The position numbers and the translations under genes are program-made. Below, in pieces: positions 17,260 through 25,280 of a stretch of DNA of 64,000 nt. The notes below the pieces were generated by a model that ran no database searches, was not told where the DNA came from, and was given only the letters and a program-made list of their open reading frames with translations. The stretch spans positions 1,376,001 to 1,440,000 of the forward strand of contig CAWJCS010000005.1 in NCBI GenBank assembly GCA_963841435.1. The letters run 5' to 3'. Position 1 is the first letter of the stretch. Each line of letters begins with the position of its first letter. Source of the stretch: an uncultured delta proteobacterium. GTDB lineage: Bacteria; Myxococcota_A; Polyangia; Polyangiales; Polyangiaceae.

Positions 17260-17939
17260 ACGAATCCGACACCGCACGTTCCGCGTACGCGCGCGGAACC
17301 CAGACCTTCATGGGGCTCGAGCTCCTGGTGGCGCCCGGCTCGCTCGTCCCGCGCGTTGAGACGGAGCTCGTGGCGCGCGCCGCGCTCGCCGAGCTCGCGG
17401 GCCTCGGGGTCGCCGAACCGCTCGTCGTCAACGTGTGCTGCGGCGCGGGCAATCTCGCCTGTGCGATCGCGAGCCAGGTGCCCGGGGCCCGGGTGTGGGC
17501 CACCGATCTTTCGGACGAGTGCGTCGCGCTCACGCGGCAAAATGTAGAAAAGCTGGGGCTTGCCGAGCGCGTGAGCGTCGTCGAGGGCGACCTGTTCGCG
17601 GGCCTTCCCGAGGCAGAGCTCGCAGGCGCCGTCAACCTCGTCGTGTGCAATCCCCCGTACATTTCGAGCGCACGGCTCGAGGAGCGCACGGACCTCGTCG
17701 CCGAGCCACGCCTGGCCTTCGACGGCGGCCCCTACGGCCTGTCGATCCACCAGCGCGTGAGCAAGGACGCGCTCTCGCTACTCAAGCCCGGCGGCGTGCT
17801 GGCGTTCGAGTTCGGCCTCGGACAAGATCGTCAGCTACGCATCGTGGTTGATCGCGCGCGCGGGTACGACGGCATCCGGTTCTTCGACGACAGTGCGGGT
17901 CACCCGCGAGCCCTCGTGGCCAAAAAAAAGGTGTCATGA
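17256..17939 (+). CDS. HemK/PrmC-like SAM-dependent N-methyltransferase lacking the usual N-terminal helical region
   Basis: FMGLELLV..GSLVPRVETE, VCCGAG, GDLF, NPPY, EPRLAFDGG..GL; GTGA overlap with the ligase stop codon. Confidence 0.85.
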   Translation: MNESDTARSAYARGTQTFMGLELLVAPGSLVPRVETELVARAALAELAGLGVAEPLVVNVCCGAGNLACAIASQVPGARVWATDLSDECVALTRQNVEKLGLAERVSVVEGDLFAGLPEAELAGAVNLVVCNPPYISSARLEERTDLVAEPRLAFDGGPYGLSIHQRVSKDALSLLKPGGVLAFEFGLGQDRQLRIVVDRARGYDGIRFFDDSAGHPRALVAKKKVS

Positions 17940-18187
17940 CGACTGCTGAACGCATCAGGCAATTCATCGGGACGAACTTCTACGTGCCGGACCCCGCGGC
18001 GCTCAAGGACGATTCCTCGTTCCTCGACCTCGGAGTCATCGACTCGACCGGGGTGCTCGAGGTGGTGGGCTTCCTCGAGCAGGAGTTCGAGGTGAAGGTC
18101 GACGACATGGAAATCGTGCCGGAAAACTTCGACTCGATCGCGAATCTGGTGCGCTTCGTCGAACAGAAGAAGGGCTCAGCGGGATGA
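17936..18187 (+). CDS. Acyl carrier protein
   Basis: 83 aa, acidic; LGVIDSTGVLE phosphopantetheinylation motif; PENFDSI. Confidence 0.93.
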   Translation: MTTAERIRQFIGTNFYVPDPAALKDDSSFLDLGVIDSTGVLEVVGFLEQEFEVKVDDMEIVPENFDSIANLVRFVEQKKGSAG

Positions 18188-18756
18188 AGCTCGGCGCGCT
18201 CGTGCAGCAGCTGAAGAGGGACTACTTCCGGCACGAGGCGTCGCTCAAGAACCCGGCGCTCTGGGCCGTGGCCGTGTACCGCTTCGGCAGGTACACCGAG
18301 GAGCTCGAGCCGGGCCTCGGCCGCGCACTCGCGTCGAAGGCCTACGGCATGATGTTCCTCGGGGTCGAGCTCACGAGCGGCATCGTGTTCAACCGGGAAG
18401 CATTGGTGGGCGAGGATTTCCACCTCATTCACTGGGGTAACACGAAGATCCACCCCGGCGTCGTGATCGGCGACCGCGTAGGCATCATGCACGACGTGAC
18501 GCTCGGCACGTCCATGGAGCGCCCCGGCGTGCCAACGATCGGCAACGACGTGTTCATCGGCACGGGCGCCAAGATCCTCGGACCCGTGCGCGTGGGCGAC
18601 GGAGCGATCATCGCCGCCAATTCGCTCGTCATCACCGACGTGCCTCGGGGGGCCACGGCAATCGGCGTCCCTGCGCGAATGCTCAACTACACGGGGCGCG
18701 GCGACCGGGTGCCCGGCGAGAAGCGCGCCCCGACCGCCGGCGACCGCCCCGCCTAG
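18184..18756 (+). CDS. Hexapeptide-repeat O-acetyltransferase (CysE/WcaB-like)
   Basis: VTLG, PTIGNDVFIGTGAKILGPVRVGDGAIIAANSLV, GVPAR. Confidence 0.88.
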   Translation: MKLGALVQQLKRDYFRHEASLKNPALWAVAVYRFGRYTEELEPGLGRALASKAYGMMFLGVELTSGIVFNREALVGEDFHLIHWGNTKIHPGVVIGDRVGIMHDVTLGTSMERPGVPTIGNDVFIGTGAKILGPVRVGDGAIIAANSLVITDVPRGATAIGVPARMLNYTGRGDRVPGEKRAPTAGDRPA

Positions 18757-18854
18757 CTCGCGAAGCAGAGTGCCGCGGAAGGGCCCGGGAGCGCGCCGTG
18801 ACGCTCGGAGCGGCTGGCTCGCACGCGCGCGCCGAGGTCGGCCTTTTCGCGCGC

Positions 18855-19838
18855 TCAGCGTGCCCTAGCGAGCTGTCGCGAGGCGTCGTGGGGCAGCTCG
18901 GCATGGCGTCCCAGACCGGCACGCTCGACCGCGCGGTTGAGTTGGTCGACGATCTCCGGGGCGGCGCGCTTCTGGCCATCCGACGTCGGATGGCTGTTCT
19001 TGCCGCCGTCGCTCGGGAAAGCGAGAAAGTTCGAGGCGCCGTGATCGGTGAGAAGGTCGTAGTAATCGATGACCGCGACGTTCTTCAGCGGATAACCCTC
19101 GAGCCAGCCCTGCTCCGACGCCGCCCAACTCGCAAACTCCCGCGCGAGCGGCGCGGCCTTCTCCATGCGGCGGACGGTGCTGCGCCCCGTCACGGCGCGG
19201 ACCAGCCACAGGCCGAGCCGCTCCGGATAGGTGCGGGGCGCGAGCGGCGGCGTCGTGAGGAACACGAACAAGGTTTCGGGGTGGCGCTCGAAGGTCGGCA
19301 GGATGCTGCGCATGGCGGCCTTCGCGTTCTCGAGCGTCAGCCCGGGACCCTTGGGGTTGCCCGGCGCTTCGCCGCGACCCACGAATTCGTTGTTCGGGTA
19401 GCACGACTTGAACAGGATGACGTCGTGCCTCTTGCCATCGGCCATCGGGGCGTCGCCGTCTTCGGTCGTGAGAAGCTCGGCGATGTGCGCGTTGAACTTG
19501 GCGGGCCAGTCGAACACGTCCGTCTGGTCGCCGAGCCGGCTGTGATAGGTCGCCGTGTGCACCTCGTAGCCAGCCTTTTCGAGCAGGCGCCGCATGCCGC
19601 CACCGCGTGGGCTCTGACCGCGAACCCCTTCGGGCCCCGGTTCGGCGAGCAGCTGATCGCCGATCGAGTGGTGAATGAAGAGCAGATCGAGCTTCCGCTC
19701 GGGGGCGGGCGCGCGCGGCCCGGCCGTCACCTTCGAGCGCCCCGCCGGCACGGAGTGGGCCGTGCCCTGGATTGGAATCAAGAGCGCGGCCCCGGAAAGC
19801 ACGAGGCCAACCGCACCCGCGAGAACCCACTTCCTCAT
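18855..19838 (-). CDS. Secreted hypothetical protein, possible SGNH-like hydrolase/acyltransferase
   Basis: Signal MRKWVLAGAVGLVLSGAALL; LFIHHSIG, ILFKSCYPN and C-terminal NSHPT. Confidence 0.65.
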   Translation of the reverse strand: MRKWVLAGAVGLVLSGAALLIPIQGTAHSVPAGRSKVTAGPRAPAPERKLDLLFIHHSIGDQLLAEPGPEGVRGQSPRGGGMRRLLEKAGYEVHTATYHSRLGDQTDVFDWPAKFNAHIAELLTTEDGDAPMADGKRHDVILFKSCYPNNEFVGRGEAPGNPKGPGLTLENAKAAMRSILPTFERHPETLFVFLTTPPLAPRTYPERLGLWLVRAVTGRSTVRRMEKAAPLAREFASWAASEQGWLEGYPLKNVAVIDYYDLLTDHGASNFLAFPSDGGKNSHPTSDGQKRAAPEIVDQLNRAVERAGLGRHAELPHDASRQLARAR

Positions 19839-19947
19839 GCGCGCACCGTAGCATCCGGCGGCCGCGCGAGCCAAACACTCGAGATCGCGGAAGAACGCCA
19901 CGCTCGGTCTGCGTGCATTCCCGGCAACGGCGAGCGCGACCCGCGCG

Positions 19948-21012
19948 TCAGCCGCGGCGATACACGATGAGATCGTCGCGCGGGCGACCGCGGCGCTGCA
20001 GCCGGTCGAGCAGGTAGCGCACCGAGCCCCAAAAGCTTGCGGCCTTGCAGACCAGATTGAGCGCCGCATAGGCGACCGCCGTTGGCAATCGAGCGCCGCG
20101 CCGCCGCGCCCAGCGCGTCATCGTGAAGAGCACCCGCAGGTACGAAAAGAGCACGAGCAGCGCGAGCGGCCAGTAGACGAGGCCGAGCCCGACGGCGATG
20201 AGCGGCAGCACGAGGACGTAGATCGCCGAGCTTCTCGCGCGCTTGAGGAGCAGCTTGCCGGGACCTTTTCGGTACCGGAAACCGACCTCGAGGTAACCGT
20301 AACCCGCGCGCAAACTGCGCCGAAAATACTCGCCGAAACGCGTCATGCGCGCGTCGTGTGACGTCATCTCGCTTCCGAGCCGGACGATCTTCCAACCCTT
20401 TTCCCGGATGCGGAACGAAACGTCGATGTCCTCGGCGTTGATCGTCGAAGCCGACCAACCGCCCGCGTCAACGATGGCGCGCGTGCGCACGAGCACGTCG
20501 CCTCCGAAGTTCGAAACCTCTCCCGGCGGATGGTCCCAATCAACGTCCATGAGTCGGCTGTAGAACGACTCGCGCACGCGCTCCTCGCGGCGGCGCCCGA
20601 ACACCGCCGCAACGTCCGGGTGCGCGTCGAGGTAGCGCACCGCCTCCTCCACCCAACCGGGCTGAAGCAGGCAATCGCCGTCGATGAAGTGGACCAACGG
20701 CAAGTCGGGCCTGAGCCGGACGACCGCTTCCAGGCCCTCCTGCCGGCCGCGCGAAGGCGTGAACGGCGCTTCGGTGAAATGGAGCACCGTGGCGCCGCGC
20801 GCCGCGGCCGCCTCGCGGCTGCCGTCGGTCGAGTTCGAGTCCGCGTAGACGGTGAGCGCGAACGAGCGCGTTGCGATCGCCAGGCCCCGGAGCAAGCGCT
20901 CGCCCTCGTTCTTCCCGATGACGACGCCGGCCACGCGCTCGCCACCCGGCGGCAGCGCGTTCGGCCGCGCGGGATTCGCTCCGTCAACACTGGAAGGGGT
21001 CTCGACCGTCAC
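19948..21012 (-). CDS. Glycosyltransferase family 2 with C-terminal TM helices (start uncertain)
   Basis: VVIGKNEG, DSNSTDGS, FIDGDC, AEDIDV. Confidence 0.88.
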   Translation of the reverse strand: MTVETPSSVDGANPARPNALPPGGERVAGVVIGKNEGERLLRGLAIATRSFALTVYADSNSTDGSREAAAARGATVLHFTEAPFTPSRGRQEGLEAVVRLRPDLPLVHFIDGDCLLQPGWVEEAVRYLDAHPDVAAVFGRRREERVRESFYSRLMDVDWDHPPGEVSNFGGDVLVRTRAIVDAGGWSASTINAEDIDVSFRIREKGWKIVRLGSEMTSHDARMTRFGEYFRRSLRAGYGYLEVGFRYRKGPGKLLLKRARSSAIYVLVLPLIAVGLGLVYWPLALLVLFSYLRVLFTMTRWARRRGARLPTAVAYAALNLVCKAASFWGSVRYLLDRLQRRGRPRDDLIVYRRG

Positions 21013-21087
21013 GCTCGCGCGGGCCTTTATACGCCAAGCGGGCGGGAGTGCGATATGAACGGGCTCGGAAAACCCCGCGACCCGACG

Positions 21088-22083
21088 ATGCAAGGCGAAG
21101 CCTCAAAGAACCCCGCCGAAGGCGAGCGCGCGCGCGTGCTCGTCGTGATCGTCAACTTCCGGACACCGGACCTCACCATCGACAGCTTGCGAAGTCTGGC
21201 TCCCGAAGCGAAAACGGTACCCGGCGTCCGCGTCGTGGTCGTCGAGAACGACTCGGGGGACGACTCGGCCGACGCGTTGCGCCGCGCCATCGACGAAAAC
21301 GGCTGGTCGCACGTCGAGCTCGTGCTCTCGGACAAGAATCGCGGCTTTGCCGGTGGCAACAACCTGGGCATCGCGCACGGCGAGCCCGCCGAGTTCGTGC
21401 TGCTTTTGAACAGCGACACCATCATGCACCGGGGCTGCCTCGAGCGGTGTCTCGCCGTGATGGCCGAGCACCCCGAAGCCGGGGCGATGAGCTGCCGCGT
21501 GCTCAACCGCGACGGCACCATCCAGAACGTGACGCGTCGCTTCCCGACGCCGGTGCTCTCGACGGTGGCAGCCTTCGGTCTGCCCTGGAAATTGCCCGCG
21601 TTCTTCAAGTGGGCCGACGCGGAGGATCTGGATTGGGACCGCGAGGGCGGGGCGCGCAACGTCAACTGGCTCGGCGGCGCTTTTCTTTTCGTGCGTTCGG
21701 CGGCCTTTCCCGAAGGGAAAGTGCGACTCGACGAGGACTTCTTCTTCTACGGCGAGGACGTGGTGTTCAGCCACGTGCTGATGCGCCGTGGCTACACCCG
21801 ACGCTACGACCCGGTCGCGTCAATCGTGCACCTCGGCGGCGCTTCGTCGGATCCGAGCCGCATGCCGAGCAGCGAGCGATCGATTCAGCGCTGGAAGGCG
21901 CGCTACCTCGTGCAGGAGAAGTGCTACGGGCGCGCTGCCGCCAGCTGGTTGCGTGGTGTCAACCTCGTGACGACGAGCGCGCGCATCGTGCGGGCCCTCG
22001 CGCGCCGGCCCGCCGATCGCAACAAGCTCGACCGCCTCGTCGGCCAGCTCGGGACCATCCGCGCCACGCGGGGCCCTGGATGA
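21088..22083 (+). CDS. Glycosyltransferase family 2
   Basis: VIVNF, VVENDSGD, NRGFAGGNN, LLLNSD, DEDFFFYGED. Confidence 0.9.
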   Translation: MQGEASKNPAEGERARVLVVIVNFRTPDLTIDSLRSLAPEAKTVPGVRVVVVENDSGDDSADALRRAIDENGWSHVELVLSDKNRGFAGGNNLGIAHGEPAEFVLLLNSDTIMHRGCLERCLAVMAEHPEAGAMSCRVLNRDGTIQNVTRRFPTPVLSTVAAFGLPWKLPAFFKWADAEDLDWDREGGARNVNWLGGAFLFVRSAAFPEGKVRLDEDFFFYGEDVVFSHVLMRRGYTRRYDPVASIVHLGGASSDPSRMPSSERSIQRWKARYLVQEKCYGRAAASWLRGVNLVTTSARIVRALARRPADRNKLDRLVGQLGTIRATRGPG

Positions 22084-23197
22084 GCGCCGCGGTGCGCGTC
22101 GCCTTCTGCCTGCCGGGACTCCATCGCGTCGCACGAGGCGCCGAGGTGGCCTTCGAGTCCATCGCGGCGGCGCTCGCTCGGCGCGCCGACTACGAGGTCA
22201 CGCTGTTCGGTTCCGGTGAAGCACGGGCGGGCGATCCTTACCGATTCGTGCATGCGGACTGCGTGCCGCGCGAACGCTTCGAGCGCTGGCCGAAGGGCCC
22301 CATCCTGCGCACGGACGGGCACTGGGAGGAGCTCACGTTCTTGCCCGGGTTTCTCCGACGCTTTCGGCCCAGCGACTTCAACGTCGTCGTCACCTGCAGC
22401 TATCCGCTGCAAACGTGGGCGGTGCGCGCACGTCGCGGGCGTCGGCGCCGCCCGCTGCACGTGTTCGTTACGGAGAACGGCGACTGGCCACTTTATCGGA
22501 AGAACTCCGAGTACCTGCTGTTCGACTGCGATGCACTCGTCTGCATCAACCCCGACTATTACGACGCCCACGCTGGGAGCTTTCGCACTGCGCTGATCCC
22601 GAACGGCGTGGACACGACGACGTTCTATCCAGCGGCCGGTGATCGCGCACGCTTCGGGCTCGGACCCGAGGATCGCGTGGTGTTGATGGCGAGCGCGCTC
22701 ATTCCGAGTAAGCGTGTGATGGAGGGCATTTCGGCGGTCGCCAAGCTCACGAGTGCTAGCCTGGTCGTCGCGGGTGACGGCCCGTTGCGCGGCGAGGTCG
22801 AGCGCGCGGGCAACGAGCTCATGGGTGCGAGGTTCCGCCGGCTCCGAGTGCCACGCGAGGACATGCCGGCGCTCTATCGCAGCGCTGATGCCTTCCTCCA
22901 CATGAGCTTGGATGAGCCGTTCGGCAACGTCTACGTGGAGGCGCTCGCGAGCGGTCTTCCCATCGTGACCCACGACCGCCGCGTCACGCGCTGGACGCTC
23001 GGCGCCCACGGCACGTTCGTCGATGCCCAGAACCCGGAGAGCGTCGCGGCCGCCGTCGAACGGGTGCTCGCCGAGCCGGGGTCCAAAGAAGCTCGTGCGG
23101 CCGAGGCGCGGAACCGCTTCGACTGGAAACGCATCGCGGAAAAATACGCCGACTTCTTAACGAAGTGCTCGGCACGGAAGCCTCGGGGGCTGCATAA
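22080..23197 (+). CDS. Glycosyltransferase family 4; a probable 1-nt deletion near 23158 causes read-through into the next gene
   Basis: GAE, IPNGVD, GDGPLR, EPFGNVYVEALASGLP, FDW; the shifted frame reads ..EVLGTEASGAA* with TAA at 23195-23197. Confidence 0.85.
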
Positions 23198-23310
23198 GTG
23201 CGTCCACCGGCGGGAATTGCCCGCGCCCACCACACCGTTTCCCGACGACGCCCCGTGCCCGACCCCGCCAAACCACCAAACGTCCGGGCGGGTCGCCGAG
23301 GCAGCCGAGC

Positions 23311-23342
23311 CGTTTGACAGGGCGCGGCGAAAAGCTAGCCTC
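23311..23342 (+). promoter_or_regulatory. Sigma-70-like promoter upstream of the FHA co-polymerase gene
   Basis: TTGACA (23314-23319), 16-nt spacer, TAGCCT (23336-23341), about 30 nt before ATG 23373. Confidence 0.55.
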
Positions 23343-23372
23343 GGTAGGCTCACGCGCTCGCGGAGCACAGGC

Positions 23373-25274
23373 ATGACGGGACCGCACGAAACCTTGCCGG
23401 AGCCGGAGGGCGAGCCGTCCGAGGCAATCCAAGCCGGAACGGCGGATCTCGTCGCGCGCGCCAATTTGGTGGTGGTGGGCGGCAAGCTCACGGGGCGCGT
23501 CTTCCCGCTGCTGCGCCCCGAGACCAGAGTGGGTCGCACGGCGGCCGCCCACATCCAGCTCGAGGAGCGCGCCATCTCGACCCGGCACGCCACAATCGTC
23601 CAGACGCCCGACGGTCACTCGGTCATCGACCACGGCTCGACGAACGGCACCTTCCTGAACGGTCGCAGGCTCGCACCCAACGAACCGTTCGAGCTCAGCC
23701 CCGGCGATAGCCTCCAGTTCGCGGAGACGGTGCTCACCTACCTCCCCACCAACGCGGATGGGTCGCAGGAGCAGACTCACTACCTTTCAAAGCTGCTCCC
23801 GCAGGTGGCGCAGTCCTCCGCGTTGCAGCTCCCCGACACGGGCCTCCCCGACGCGCAGCTCCTGGTGCAGCTGCTCAAGGCCACCCAGCCCGAGGAGGCG
23901 CCCAAGGAGTCGGTCTCGCTCGAGCAGCGGATTGCGCAGCTCAGGCAGCTGGTCAACATGATCCGGCGCAACTGGCTTCCGCTGTTCTTGTGCGCGGCGC
24001 TGATGGCGCTCGCGGCGGACGCGTCGGTCTTCTTGAAGCCGCCGCAGAGCGTGGCCAAGTGCCGCATTCGCATCACGCCCCCGGCTGGCGAAAAGTACGA
24101 TCCGTACGACAGGGACAACGACAGCTTCACCGTCCCGCTGATCCAGAGCTTCACGAGCCCCACGCTCATCGAGGCGACACTGAAGGCGATGGGCGTCCCT
24201 CATCCCAACAAGTACAAGGTGGATGACACGCTCACCTTCCTCACCTTCAAGCCGACGCAGTACGCGACGTACGAGGGGACCTACACCAACACCGATCCGA
24301 GGTACGCCGTCGAGTTCCTGACCAAGCACGTGGAGGGTTTTCTCAAGACGGAAATCTCGCACGCGCTGCACGTCGCGAAGACCGAGGTGGAGTTTCTCGA
24401 GTCGCGAGTCAAGGAGCGCGAGGCGGAGCTTCGCAAGACCGAGGCGGAGCTCGAGAAGTTCAAGCAGGCGAACATGGTCGGGCTGCCGGAGTTCGCGATC
24501 CAGCACGTGAACTCGCGCGAGGCGCTCTACAAGCAGCGATCCGACCTCGGCGCCCAAATGGCACGCGCCAACCTCGAGCTTGGCGCGGCACGCAAGCGCA
24601 TGTCCGAGCAATCGCCACTGCTCACCAAACGCGCCGAAGGGGCCGCGCCCTACGAGACGGCATTGGTCAACACGAGGCGAAAGCTCGGCGAGGCCCGCGC
24701 GAAAGGCTTCGGCGACCAACACCCCGAGGTGATCGCCCTGATGAAGCAGGAGAAGGAGCTGCAGGATCTGGCCGACAAGGCCCGCAACACGCAGTTCTCC
24801 TCCCTGGATAAAAGCGCCAACCCCGGACTCATCGACGAGAGGCACCGTGTCGCCGATCTCGAGGTCGCCCAGCGCGCCATCGGCGCTCAGCTCGGCGAGG
24901 TGAACGAGCAGCTCAAGCGGCTCGACGGCATCGTCGACAAGCTGCCGGAGGTCGAGGCTCGCTTCGCGGAGCTGACGCGCGCCTACAACGTGAACACCGA
25001 CCTTCACGCGCAGCTGTTCTCCCAGCTGCGCCAGAAGCAGCTGGCGCTGGATCTCGAGCGTAGCTCCGTGATGGCCCGCTACGAGGTTCTCGTGCCGCCC
25101 GAAACGTCGGGCGTGCAGCTGCGCCGCGTGCTCCTGCTTCGTACGCTCATTGGCATCGCCGGCGGGCTCGTGCTCGGCGCCTTCGTCGTGGCCATTCTCG
25201 AGCTTCGCCGCTATCTCGCCACGCGGCGCTCGACGAGCCAGGCCATCGTGCTCAGCACCGTGCGCCCGGACTGA
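23373..25274 (+). CDS. Polysaccharide co-polymerase (Wzz/GumC/Wzc-like) with an N-terminal FHA domain and no kinase domain
   Basis: FHA: VGR..ISTRHA..GSTNGTFLNG..LSPGD; TM1 WLPLFLCAALMALAA; long coiled coil with GDQHPEVIAL and LPEVEARFAELTRAY; TM2 LLLRTLIGIAGGLVLGAFVVAILE. Confidence 0.85.
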   Translation: MTGPHETLPEPEGEPSEAIQAGTADLVARANLVVVGGKLTGRVFPLLRPETRVGRTAAAHIQLEERAISTRHATIVQTPDGHSVIDHGSTNGTFLNGRRLAPNEPFELSPGDSLQFAETVLTYLPTNADGSQEQTHYLSKLLPQVAQSSALQLPDTGLPDAQLLVQLLKATQPEEAPKESVSLEQRIAQLRQLVNMIRRNWLPLFLCAALMALAADASVFLKPPQSVAKCRIRITPPAGEKYDPYDRDNDSFTVPLIQSFTSPTLIEATLKAMGVPHPNKYKVDDTLTFLTFKPTQYATYEGTYTNTDPRYAVEFLTKHVEGFLKTEISHALHVAKTEVEFLESRVKEREAELRKTEAELEKFKQANMVGLPEFAIQHVNSREALYKQRSDLGAQMARANLELGAARKRMSEQSPLLTKRAEGAAPYETALVNTRRKLGEARAKGFGDQHPEVIALMKQEKELQDLADKARNTQFSSLDKSANPGLIDERHRVADLEVAQRAIGAQLGEVNEQLKRLDGIVDKLPEVEARFAELTRAYNVNTDLHAQLFSQLRQKQLALDLERSSVMARYEVLVPPETSGVQLRRVLLLRTLIGIAGGLVLGAFVVAILELRRYLATRRSTSQAIVLSTVRPD

Positions 25275-25280
25275 CCGAGC

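Noticed and set aside
21048-25274. 1408-aa GT4-FHA-co-polymerase mega-fusion in the ORF track
   Set aside because: The GT4 has a natural end in a shifted frame (TAA 23195-23197), the joining segment is not protein-like, and the FHA gene has its own promoter-like element, GGAG and ATG at 23373. Most likely a 1-nt deletion error.
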